From the human T2T-CHM13v2.0 reference genome, Homo sapiens: a stretch of 64,000 bases of DNA. The notes beneath the pieces are model-generated. The model had not been told where the DNA came from, made no database searches, and saw nothing but the letters and a program-made list of their open reading frames with translations. Shown in pieces: positions 34,198-45,908 of the stretch; the stretch's first letter is position 1, and every line of letters begins with the position of its first letter. Location: NCBI RefSeq assembly GCF_009914755.1, contig NC_060936.1; one strand, written 5' to 3'. Both the position numbers and the translations under genes were made by a program.

Positions 34198-35081
34198 CAG
34201 ACAATTTCCATTATACAGAGATTTCATACTTTTGAATTTCCCTACTTGCTAAAATCTATTTGTAACTCCAAAATCAATACTTGAAGTACTTTCACAGTTG
34301 TTCACATGACTGTAAATGTACAGAGTGATGAAAGGTTTGAGTACCCAATGTGCAAGTTCTTAGCTGAGATCAAAGACGACATTCTCTGCATTCTTATTTT
34401 ACCTCTCATACAAAGATGGCCACAGGATTAAGACAGTAGTAGGGCAGCCTCAGGCAAGTCACTTAACAATTGTGAACCTTGTTCCTTGTTTTCTCTTTTG
34501 CAAATTGTTTTTAAAAAGTCTGTCAGGATAAATTGTTTTCAGTTGTCAAAATTCTAATCTATGTGGTATATATAATGTGTGCATGTGTGTGTGTAAGCAG
34601 AAACACACACACATATGTGTGTGTATATATATGTGTGTGTATATATATACATGTATATATACATATATATGTGTGTATATATATATGTGTATATATACAC
34701 ACACATATACATATATCCCACAGGAGCTATATATGTGTTATTGCCCACGTGGGATATATGTATATGTGTATATATATACATTTAGCCTGTATGTATATGT
34801 ATTATACACATATATATACATATACATACATATACACATATATATACACATACATATATATGCACATATATACACACATGTATACATACACACATATACA
34901 TATATCACACATAGGCAATTATATATATATACACACACATGTATACATATATATATACACACACACACACAAACACACATATACATATATCCCACAGGAG
35001 AAACAATACAATATTCTCTAATTCAGCATTTGCAGTAACTTTATAGAGCATAACTACCATAAATAAAGAGAATCAACTATA
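34198..35081. mobile_element. TcMar-Tigger DNA transposon fossil, MER82/Tigger6-like
   Basis: cctacttgctaaaatctatttgtaactccaaaatcaatact at the left end. ctaattcagcatttgcagtaactttatagagcataactacc...gagaatcaacta at the right end. Confidence 0.7.
34565..34990. repeat. Compound (TA)n/(TG)n/(CA)n microsatellite with internal inverted repeat
   Basis: Alternating purine-pyrimidine tract visible directly. It gives rise to the spurious Y/I/C/H/T-rich ORFs. Confidence 0.95.
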
Positions 35082-35900
35082 TTATCTAAATTCTTCCTTT
35101 CAATCAAAAATCAGAACATGAAATAAACAGGAAAATACAGCACATAACAGAAAAAAACAAACAAACAAAACAGTCCACAGAAACAGTCTTTGAGGGAGTC
35201 CAGATGCTGCACTAAAAGAAACCATCTTAAACCAGGTTCAATAAAAGAAAAGTCAACAAAGAGAGAGAAATTATAGAAACACTAACCAATAGATATTTTG
35301 GACTTAGAAAATATAAGAACTGCAATGAAAAATTATGTAGAAGGGTTTGGCAGCAGATTTGACCTGGCAGAAGAATCAGTGAACTTGAAGTTAGAAGAAA
35401 TAATCAGTAAACTTAAATATAAATTAATTGAGATTCTTCACTCTTAGGAACACAAAGAAAAATGAATGGAGAAAAATTAAAACAGAGAACTGTGGGACAC
35501 CATTAAGTGTTCCAGCATATGTAAAATGGCAGTCCTAGAAGGAAAGGAGTGGGAAAAAGACATAAAAAGAAAAATGTTTGAAGAAATGATGCCCCAAAAC
35601 TGTTTAAATTGATTGGAAACATTAACCTACAAATCCAAAAATTCAATAAACAACCTTTGAGCAGGAAAAACTCAAAGAGCTCCAACCCAGACACAACATA
35701 GTCATAGTGCTGAATATCAGTGACACAGACAATATCTTGAAAGCAGTAAGATAAAATAACTCAAGTGCTCCTTGATAATATTAATAACTGACTTCTCACA
35801 GAAACCAAGAGCAGCAGAAGGTGGAATAATATATTTGAAGTGTTGAAAGAAAAAGGTGGTCAATCAACATTATATATCTAACAAAACTAATCTTCAAAAG

Positions 35901-38272
35901 GGTATTAGTCCATTTTCACATTGCTGTAAGGAAATACCTGACACTGGGTAATTTATAAAGGAAAGAGGTTTAATTGACTCATAGTCCTGCATGGCTGGGA
36001 GGCCTCAGGAACACACAATCATGGCATAACACAAAGGGGAAGAAAGGGCCTTCTTTACAAGGCATCAGGAGAGAGAGAGAGAGAGAGCAAAAAAAGCCCA
36101 TTATAAAACCATCAGATTTTGTGAGAATTCACTTATTATCATGAGAACAGCATGGGAAACACCACCCCCATGATTCAATCACCTCCCACCAAGTCTATCC
36201 CTCAACACATATGGATTACAGTTTGAGATGAGATTTGGGTGGGGACACAGAGGCAAGCCATATTATTCCACCCCTGGACCCTCCCAAATCTCATGCCCTT
36301 TTTACATTTCAAAACCAACCATGCCTTCCCAGCAGTCCTCCAAAGTCTTAACTCACTCCAGCATTAACCCAAAAGTCCAAGTCCAAAGTTTTATCTGAGA
36401 CAAGTCAAGTCCCTTCTCCCTATGAGCCCATGGACTCAAAAACAACTAGTTACTTCCTAGATACAATGAGGGTACAGGTATTGGTTAAATGCTCCCATTT
36501 CAAATGGGAGAAATTGGCCAAAACAAAGGGGCTACAGGCCCCATGCAAGTCCAAAATCCAGTGGGGCAGTCATTACATCTTAAAGCTCCAAAATGATCTC
36601 CTTTGACTCCATGTCTTACATCCACGGCATGCTGATGCAAAAGGTGGGATTCCATGGTTTGGGGCAGCTTCAGCCCTGTGACTTTTCAGGATACAGCCCC
36701 CTCTCAGCTGCTTTCACAGGCTGGCATTGAGTTTCTGTGGATTTTCCTGGCACACATTGTAAGCTATCATTGGGTCTACCATTCTGAGATCTGAAAGATG
36801 GTGGCCCTCTTCTCACAGCTCCACTAGACAGTGCCCCAATGGGAACTCTCTGTGGAGCTCCCACCTCACATTTCTTTTTCACACTGCTCTAGCAGAGGTT
36901 CTCCATGAGGGCTCTGCCCCTGCAGCAAACTTCTGCCTGGACATCCAGGCATTTCCATACATCCTTTGAAATCTAGGTGAAGGTTCCCCTTCCTCAATTC
37001 TTGACTTCTGTGCAACCACAGGCAAAACACCATCTGGAAGCCACCAAGGCTCAGGCTTTGCATCCTCTGAAGTAACAGCCTGAGCTGTATGTTGGCTCTG
37101 TTTAGCCACGGCCTGGACACAGGGTGCCAAGTCCAGAGGCTGTACAGAACAGTAGAGGAGGCCCCTGGTAAAGGAAATCATTTTTCCCTCCTAGGCCTCT
37201 GGGTCTTTGATGAGAGGGGCTGCAGTGAAGGTCTCTGGCATGCCCTGGAGACATTTTCCCCATTGTTTTGGCAAGTAACATTTGGCTCCTCATTACTTAT
37301 GCAAATTTCTGCAGCCAGTTTAAATTCCTCCCTAGAAAATGGGTTTTTCTTTTCTATTGCATCATCAGGCTGCAAATTTTCCAAACTTTTTTGCTCTCCT
37401 TCCCTTTTAAACATAAGTTGCAATTTTAAACCATCTCTTTGTTAATACATAAAACTGAATGCTTTCAGAATAAACCAGGTCACATCTTGAATGCTTTCCT
37501 GCTTAGAAATTTCTTCTGCCAGATACCCTAAATCATCTCTCTCAACTTCAAAGTTTCACAGATCTCTAGGCTAGGGCAAGGGCAAAATGCCACCAGTCTA
37601 TTTGCTAAAGCATAGCATGAGTGACCTTACTCCGTTCCCAATAAGGACCTCATCTCCATCTGAGACCACCTTAACCTGGATGTCATTGTTTACGTCACTG
37701 TCAGCATTTTGGGCTAAGCCATTTAACAAGTCTCTAGAAAGCTTCAAACTTTCCCACATTTTCCTGTCTTCTTCTGAGCCCTCCAAACTATTCCAACTCC
37801 TGCCTGTTACCCAGTTCTAAAGTCACTTCCACATTTTTGGGTATCTTTATAGCAGTGACCCATTCTTTGTGGTACCAATGTACTGTATTAGCCTTTTTTC
37901 ACCCTTCTATTAAGAAATACCTGAGACTGGGCAATTTATAGAGGAAACGGGCTTAATTTACTCACAGTTTCATATGGCTGGGGTGGCCTTAGTAACATAC
38001 AATCACGGTGGAAGGAAAAAGGGAAGCAAGAACCTTCTTCACAAGGCAGTAAGAGAAAGAGAAAGACAGAGAGGGCAGAGAGCAAAGCAGGAAGAGCAAA
38101 GGGAGAAGAGCCCTTATAAAACCATCAGATCTCATGGGAACTCACTATCACGAGAATAGTATGGGGGAAATTGCCCCCATGATCCAATCACTTCCTACCA
38201 GGTTTGTCCCTCGACGTGAGGATTACAGTTTGAGATGAGATTTGGGTGGGGACACAGAGCCAAGCCATATCA
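35901..38272 (-). mobile_element. Complete MaLR provirus, THE1D/MSTA-type (5' LTR 37884-38272, internal region, 3' LTR 35901-36265)
   Basis: Two LTRs ending gagatgagatttgggtggggacacagag...ccatat(c/t)a. PBS-like ttggtacc next to the 5' LTR. 5-bp TSD aaaag/aaaat. Confidence 0.92.
36670..37786 (-). pseudogene. Fragmented THE1/MST internal (gag-like) ORF
   Basis: Track peptides MEGSEEDRKMWESL..., ...KSLENLQPDDAIEKKNPFS..., ...PRFQRMYGNAWMSRQKFAAG... are typical of the MaLR internal ORF. Split across several frames. Confidence 0.8.
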
Positions 38273-38734
38273 AAAATGAAGAAATCAAGACATTTCCATA
38301 TAGGCAAAGACTGAGATAATTTGTTGTTTGCCCAACTTTTTGACAGAAAATTCCAAACACAGCCTTTTAGGCTAAAAAGGAAGGATATCAGATGGTAACT
38401 CAGCACCACACATAAAAATAAAGAGCATGAGTAGAGATATGTAAACAGAAAAATATTAACTTTTTCTTATTTTAAAAGACAACTGCATAAAACAATAATT
38501 ATAAAATAGTGTTGATAGGCTTATAAAATATAAACATTTAACTTGTGTGATGATCATAGCACAAAGGAGGAAAGAGAAAAGAAGCTTTATTTGAGCAAAG
38601 TTTTAATACACTAGTGGAATTAATTTAGTCTTAATCTGAGGTAGATTGTTTTAGGCTAAAATGCACATTGTAATCTCCAGGGCAACTACCAAGAAAATAA
38701 ATATAAAAATATAGTTTAAAAAAAAACAAAGAAG

Positions 38735-41700
38735 AGAGTGAAACAAGATGGTGAAATAAAATGTTCCACTGATTGTTCCCTCCTCAGGAATACCAAATTT
38801 TATCAACTATCTGCATACAAAAAAAGCACCTTTAGAAGAACCAAACATCAGGTGAGCAATTACGATAACAGGTTTTAACTTCATACTGCTAAAAGAGACA
38901 TTAAAGAGGATAAGAGAGACAGTCTTGAATCACTTGTGAACCCAGAACATTTGAGACAGGTCTCAGTTAATTTAGAAAGTTTATTTTGCCAAGGTTGAAG
39001 ACGCACCTGTGACACAGTCTCAGAAAGTCCTGATGACATGTGCACAAGGTGGTAGGTGTACAGCTTGATTTTATACATTTTAGGGAGACATGAAACACCA
39101 ATCAATATATGTAAGAAGTACATTAGTTCAATCCAGAAAGGCGGAGACAACTCAAAGCAAGGTCCCCCACTAGGGGCTTCCAGGTCACAGGTAGGTGAGA
39201 GACAGATGGTTGCATTATTTTGAGTTTCTGATAAGTCTTTCCAAAAGAGGCAATCAGAATATGCATCTATCTGTGAGCAGAGGGATGACTTTGAACAGAA
39301 TTGGGGGCAGATTTGTCCTGACTGGTTCCCAGCTTGAAGGCACCCAAGGTTCTTTCCTCCCACATTTCTCGCCTTTTCTTTTTAAAATATTTTGGAGAAA
39401 GCATTTAACAAGAAAATGAATCCCTGGTCTCAAGTTTCATATGATCTCTCACGGCTAGGATGGTTTATTTCTAGATGAATAGGTCCTGAAAGCTCATTTT
39501 TAGCACACTGTAAAGTCTCATGTCCTGTGAAGAGAAAATAGTGGAAAGGAAGGAAGAAAAAACAACAACAAACAAAAGAACAATCCTGGGAGAATCAATA
39601 TAGGTCACATTACTCTGAAATCCACATATTAATAGGCAGGTATAAAAGTGACTTACGTATGTAAACAGTTTACCTTTTTTTTTTTTTTTTTTGAAGTTTA
39701 AGTTGTCTGGCTTTAGTTCCTAGGGTTTTAAGAAAGCACAACTTAGTATTCAGTGATTCTAAATTAAAAATAAAAAGAAGAAAAAAATTGAAAACACTAT
39801 TTTGAAGACTTGTAGCCAAGAAAAATTAGAATGTGGTCCAAACTGTAGAAAATAATAAAAATTAGAAAAAACAAAACAAACAACATTTGGCAAGGCTAGA
39901 ATCTAAAAACAGGTGTAAATCATCTTAAAACATAATTTTCTTTCTCTCTCTAGATTCCCAGTTTACTAAAGACAAATCATGGTAGGGCTGGTTTGCTTGT
40001 TATAATTAGCCTAATTACTTGTATACATTGCAGCAATAATAATTATTTTTTCATGGGCTTTTAAATTGGCTTTGATGGAACTTGTTTCATAGGAGGATCC
40101 TCAAATAAGACTTTTGAAAGCCAAGCCCAGCCCAGCCATGGAATTGTGCCATCAAATACCCATGAGTTGGGTGAATTTCCTCTCCTCTTGAGGTTCCAAG
40201 ATAAACCTGGGGCTTCTGCACCTTTCAGAAAGTGACATTTGTTTGGGAGAAAATATAGGGAAGAGAACAAGTGTCTCTGCTGGGTCATCCAGAGAATTCT
40301 TCTAGATCTCATCCAAGACCACCAAGGTGGTACCTCTATGAGTCTTCAAGAACCATGGCATTACTGAGTTTGGGGCCCAAATTCCTTCGAATACCTGGAC
40401 AACCTTGCCAAGAAAGATGAGCACAGGTTGTGAAGTCCAGATTGCAAACACTACAATAAATACCTAACTCTTCGATGTCCAGCATCAAAATCATTCAGGA
40501 AAACATAACATCATCTACAAGCATCAAAATCATCCACGAAAACATGACATCACCAAATGAATTAAATAAGACACCAGGGATCAATCCTGGAAAAACAGAG
40601 ATATGTGACCTTTCAGACACATACCTGTGTCTGAACATAGCTGTTTTGAGGAAATTCAAAGAAATTCAGATAGCACAGAGAAGGAATTCAGAATTCTATC
40701 AGATAAATTTAACAAAGAGGTTGAAATAATTAAAAAGAATCAAACAGAAATTCTAGAGCTGAAAAATGCAATTGACATACTGAAGAATGTATCAGAGTTT
40801 CTTAATAGCAGAATTGATCAGGCAGAATAAAAAATTAGTGAGCTTGAAGACAAGCTATTTGAAAATACACAGTCAAAGGAAACAAAAAAAAAATAAAGAA
40901 GAATGAAGCATGCCTACAAGAACTAGAAGATAGCCTCAAAAGGGCAAATCTAAGAGTTATTGGCCTTAAAGAGGAAGTAGAGAAAGAGATAGGAGTAGAA
41001 AGTTTATTCAAAGGGATAATATCAAATAAGTTTCCAAACCTAGAGAAACATATCAATATTCAAGTACAAGAAAGTTATAGAACACCAAGAAGATTTAGCC
41101 CAAAGACTACTACCTCAAGGCATTTAATAATCAAAATCTCAAATATTAAGGAAAAAAATGACCCTAAAAGCAGTTAGAGAAAAGAAACAAATAGCATACA
41201 ATGGAGCTCCAATACTTCTGGCAGCAAGCTTTTTAGTGGAAACCTTACAGACCGGGAGAGACTGGCATGACATGGTGACTGAAGGAAGAAAACTTTTACC
41301 CTAGAATAGTATACCTGGCTAAAAAAATATCCTTTAAGTGTGAAGGAGAAATACAGACTTTCCCAGACAAACAGAAGCTGAGGGATTTCATCAACACCAT
41401 ACCTGTCCTATGATAAATAATAAAGGGAGTTCTTCAATGTAAAAGAAAAGAACATTAATGAGCAATAAGAGATTATCCAAAGGTACAAAATTCACTAGTA
41501 ATAGTAAGCACACACAAAAAACACAAGACATTATAACACTGTAACTACTGTTTGTAAACTACTCTTAAGTAGAAAGACTAAACAATAAACCAATGTAAAA
41601 TATAACTACAACTTTTCAAGATACAGACAATGTGGTAAGACATTAAGAAAACACAAAAAGTTAAAAAGTGAGGAGACAAAGTTAAAATGTAGAGTTTTTC

Positions 41701-42558
41701 TTTGTTTTCTTTTTGCTTCTTTTTTAGTTTGTTTGCTGATGCAATCAGTATTAAGTTGTCATCAGTTTAAAATAATGGATTATAAGATAGTATTTGCAAG
41801 CTTCATGGTAAACTAAGGTAATCAGTATTTGCAAGCTTTATGGTAACCTGAGGTAACCATGGTAATCTAAAAACATACCATAGATACACACACACAAAAA
41901 AGCAAGAAATTAAATCATGCTACCAGAGAAAATCACCTTCACTAAAAGGAATACAAGAAGAAAAAAAAAAAAAAAACAAGCGAGGACCACAAAACAGCCA
42001 GCAAACAAATAACAAAATGGCAAGAATGTCCTTATTTATCAATAATAACATTGCATGTTAATGGACTAAACACTTCAATAAACGACATAGCATGGCTAAA
42101 CGAATTTAACAACATTAACAAAAAAAAAAAAGACCCAATGATTTTTTCTGTTACCTATAAGAAACACTACCTATAAAGATACATATAGACTGAAAATAAA
42201 GGGATGGCATAAAAACCGAGCAGTACAACAGAACAGAGAACCCAGAAACAAATTTCTGTATCTACGTTGAACTCATTTTCAACAAAGGCACCAAGAACAT
42301 ACATTGGGGAACAGACGGTCTCCTCAATAAATGGGGCGCGGAAAACTAGATATCCATACGCATAAGAACGAAGCTAGACCCCATCTCTTGCCATATACAA
42401 AAATCAAATCAAAATGCATTAAACACTTAAATGTAGGACCTCAAACAATGAAGCTACTAAAAGAAAACACTGGGGAAGCCATCCAGGATATTGTTCTAAA
42501 CAACAACTTTATGAAGTAATACCCCGCAAGCCTAGGCAAACCAAAGCAAAAATGGACA
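38735..42558 (+). mobile_element. LINE-1 (L1MA/L1M2-like): 5'UTR, broken ORF1, ORF2 with large internal deletion, 3' truncated
   Basis: 5' aaacaagatggtgaaata. ORF1 coiled-coil peptides (40475-40830). ORF2 start ~42017 with aatggactaaa, then a jump at ~42207 to late ORF2. Confidence 0.85.
38935..40240 (-). mobile_element. ERV1 MER4-group partial provirus: 3' LTR (MER4A1-like, 38935-39364) plus adjacent internal sequence
   Basis: tgtgaacccagaacatttgagacaggtctcagttaatttagaaagtttattttgccaagg...caca. A polypurine tract (minus-strand aaaaagaaaaggcgagaaa) abuts the LTR. No 5' LTR. Confidence 0.85.
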
Positions 42559-42560
42559 GG

Positions 42561-42769
42561 TATAGCTCCGCCCAAGAGGGTGGGGCTCCTGCCTGCTGCA
42601 TAGAGCAGGAGGCCTGTGTCTGCGGCCATGGCTTGGGCAGCTGCAGTGTACCTGGGGAGCTCCCACCCCAACTCAAAAGGGGTGGGACTCTCATGGGCCC
42701 CGTGGAGTGTGCAGCCCTAGCGGAGCTTCCCTGCTGCAGCTGGTGTGATGGCAGCAGCCACTACCATCA
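42561..42769 (-). mobile_element. ERV1 LTR fragment, MER52-like
   Basis: GC-rich island whose minus strand starts tgatggtagtggctgctgccatcacaccagctgcagcaggg, matching the recalled MER52 5' end. Confidence 0.75.
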
Positions 42770-44274
42770 GTAACACGTGACCAATTCTGACAATGATATA
42801 AGCAAAAGTGATGTGTGTAATTTATGGACCAAACATTTCACAGCCAATTTGAGATCCTCCTCAACTCTCCCTTTTTTTTCCCAACAAACATTCTAGATGC
42901 TGGCTGCTCTTTCATACTGTGTCCCTGAGTGCCTACAAAGGCAAATAAGGGCACCCACAAAGGAAAGTAGATGATAGAAATGGTAAGATCGGTCATTTTT
43001 CATAAAATGAGTTATATTGGGTTTACATAAGTTATCTAAATTTGGAAATAACTGAATCTGATTATTTGATTAGCTTCTCAAATAAATGAGCTATATCATC
43101 ATTTCAAGGGTATATTTACTTATTTTGGCACATACTGATAAAAATATTTCTTAAGAATCAGACTCAAGCTAACAATATAGGATGAAATAAAAGTGATACA
43201 TGTAAAGCTGGTTTGTTACTCAAATAAACACTAAGGTTTTAACATGTATTCTTCACTTAGTTTCAGCTTTATAAGAACTGGATCTCTGCTAGAACTACTT
43301 TCTGGAAATGGCCTGGTTGCTGGTTTTGACCATTATAAAGGTATCTTCTGTTCGTGCAAGCTTTGGATTAGAGCAAATCTAAATAAACACTTTATATCTA
43401 AGCAATATAAGCTGAGGTGGATATAGCTAAGAGGAAATTAAACCAATTTGGAGGACTGTTCCCTACGTGTATATTTAATGTGTAAATTCATTTCTTATTT
43501 CTATTTTTCTTCATATTAAGTTGGTTAATTTTTAAAAAATATAAAAATTGGCAGAGACAATTTTATTTTGGTTCCCTTGGTCAGAACCCACTGAAACTAC
43601 AAATAAATGAAAAATAGAAGGAACATTTATGTTGTCCTCAATGAAGGAGGAAATAGCTACGCACTAAAATATACAAAGTGCTCCGACCAACTACATTAAA
43701 ATTGGCCCAAACTGAACAAAACTTAGAGCTGGTATACAATTTTTCAGAATTTGAGAAGAGAGCTAATCTTTCTAAAAGTGTTAGTCCTATTCAAATATCT
43801 TGAATGAAATGGTGAGATTTTGAGGTGTGACTAAAGCATAGCAGGAATAAGGAGCATCATCACATAAATTCAGCTGGACACAGCATAATAGTGATGAATG
43901 CAGAGACTGCAGAGTGGAAAAAGAAACTATATTTACTTCCAGTTTTCATTTTCTATGAATTATAACCCTAGATAAGCTTCTTGATGAAAAGTGGGACATG
44001 ATATGGAAGTAGGGCAGTAATTTCTATGTCTTTGCGTCAAAATCCTGTAGTATAAGGGCTTTGTTTTATGCTATCTGAAGCCCTTAAACATCAAAAACTT
44101 TAAAAATATAGTTAAGGAAAAAATTAATTATCAGGGTAAAGGAAACTAAATGTTTGACAAGGTGGTTTCAAACCAATAAATCAGAAACAAAATCATTAAC
44201 TACCCCAGCTTACTCCCCCTATACCACCCACCTAATTATTTTTTTTTAAAGGTTTCATTTAAAAATGAGTAATA

Positions 44275-44600
<326 letters not shown>

Positions 44601-45004
44601 TCAAAACAAAACACAGAACCTAAGCATAAATACTGAAAATCAATACAGAAAGTGTATCTAAGCTAAAAAGCAAATAAAAGATCTACATCATATGAGGATG
44701 TATTTAAAAAAACTAGAGGCATATAATGAAAATATTTTGTTCTCATAATTTCAAAGACATTGAATAAAGTGACATATTAACCTGAATAAAAAAGAACCTC
44801 AAATAATAGGAAAATGTAATGAGACAATAAGAATATTTCAAAAGGAAATTTATGAATCGTGACAAAGAAATTGTAAAGAACAATAAATCAATTAAAAAAT
44901 AAAAGCCCCTTTACACTACAGAGGATGTAAATAAAGAGAACACTAGTAACTAGAAAATATAATCAAGCATAGGTTGAGAGATTGGAGTAAAACACATATA
45001 TACT

Positions 45005-45908
45005 GGGGAGGAGCCAAGATGGCCGAATAGGAACAGCTCCGGTCTACAGCTCCCAGCGTGAGCGACGCAGAAGACGGGTGATTTCTGCATTTCCATCTGA
45101 GGTACCGGGTTCATCTCACTAGGGAGTGCCAGACAGTGGGCGCAGGTCAGTGGGTGCGCGCACCGTGCGCGAGCCAAAGCAGGGCGAGGCATTGCCTCAC
45201 TCGGGAAGCACAAGGGGTCAGGGAGTTCCCTTTCCAAGTCAAAGAAAGGGGTGACTGACGCACCTGGAAAATCGGGTCACTCCCACCTGAATATGGCGCT
45301 TTTCTGACAGGCTTAAAAAATGGTGCACCATGAGATTATATTCCGCACCTGGCTCGGACGGTCCTACGCCCATGGAGTCTCCTTGATTGCTAGCACAGCA
45401 GTCTGAGATCAAACTGCAAGGCGGCACCGAGGCTGGGGGAGGGGCGCCCGCCATTGCCCAGGCTTGCTTAGGTAAACAAAGCAGTGGGAAGCTCGAACTG
45501 GGTGGAGCCCACCACAGCTCAAGGAGGCCTGCCTGCCTCTGTAGGCTCCACCTCTGGGGGCAGGGCACAGACAAACAAAAAGACAGCAGTAACCTCTGTA
45601 GACTTAAATGTCCCTGTCTGACAGCTTTGAAGAGAGCAGTGGTTCTCCCAGTATGCAGCTGGAGATCTGAGAAGGGGCAGACTGCCTCCTCAAGTGGGTG
45701 CCTGACCCCTGACCCCCGAGCAGCCTAACTGGGAGGCACCCCCCAACAGGGGCACACTGACACCTCACACGGCAGGGTACTCCAACAGACCTGCAGCTGA
45801 GGGTCCTGTCTGTTAGAAGGAAAACTAACAAACAGAAAGGACATCCACACCAAAAACCCATCTGTACATCACCATCATCAAAGACCAAAAGTAGATAAAA
45901 CCACAAAG
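45005..45908. promoter_or_regulatory. L1 5'UTR: internal sense promoter (intact YY1 site caagatggcc) and antisense promoter region, CpG-rich
   Basis: YY1 motif at 45015-45024. Many retained CpGs in 45020-45460. Short UTR form (cacacggcagggtactccaacagac) without the 129-bp segment of older L1PA. Confidence 0.85.
45239..45454 (-). CDS. ORF0: L1 ORF0, 71 aa, intact
   Basis: MAGAPPPASVPPCSLISDCCASNQ...TRFSRCVSHPFL*, 216 nt. Kozak context gcaATGG. Donors ag|gtgcgg after nt 106 and ag|gtgcgt after nt 191. Confidence 0.85.
   Translation of the reverse strand: MAGAPPPASVPPCSLISDCCASNQGDSMGVGPSEPGAEYNLMVHHFLSLSEKRHIQVGVTRFSRCVSHPFL

Larger units (their letters stand above)
33140..38720 (+). mobile_element. 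Old LINE-1 5' region and ORF1 (L1MC/L1MD-like), host of Tigger and THE1 insertions
   Basis: L1M-type 5' end. ORF1 motifs (gaaagcagtaaga, tgacttctcacagaaacc). Sequence either side of the THE1 provirus rejoins as aaaactaatcttcaaaaatgaagaaatcaagacatttcc (ORF1 C-terminus). Confidence 0.75.

Noticed and set aside
34533-35038. Four overlapping 75-162 aa ORFs rich in Y, I, H, T, C
   Set aside because: Artefact of stop-free dinucleotide repeats.
35985-36010. PRDM9 hotspot 13-mer in the THE1 LTR
   Set aside because: The minus strand reads cctcccagccat, not the CCTCCCTNNCCAC form associated with THE1A/B hotspots.
42561-42769. GC-rich island as a promoter or coding exon
   Set aside because: Explained by a MER52-like LTR fragment. 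It is short and has few CpGs.
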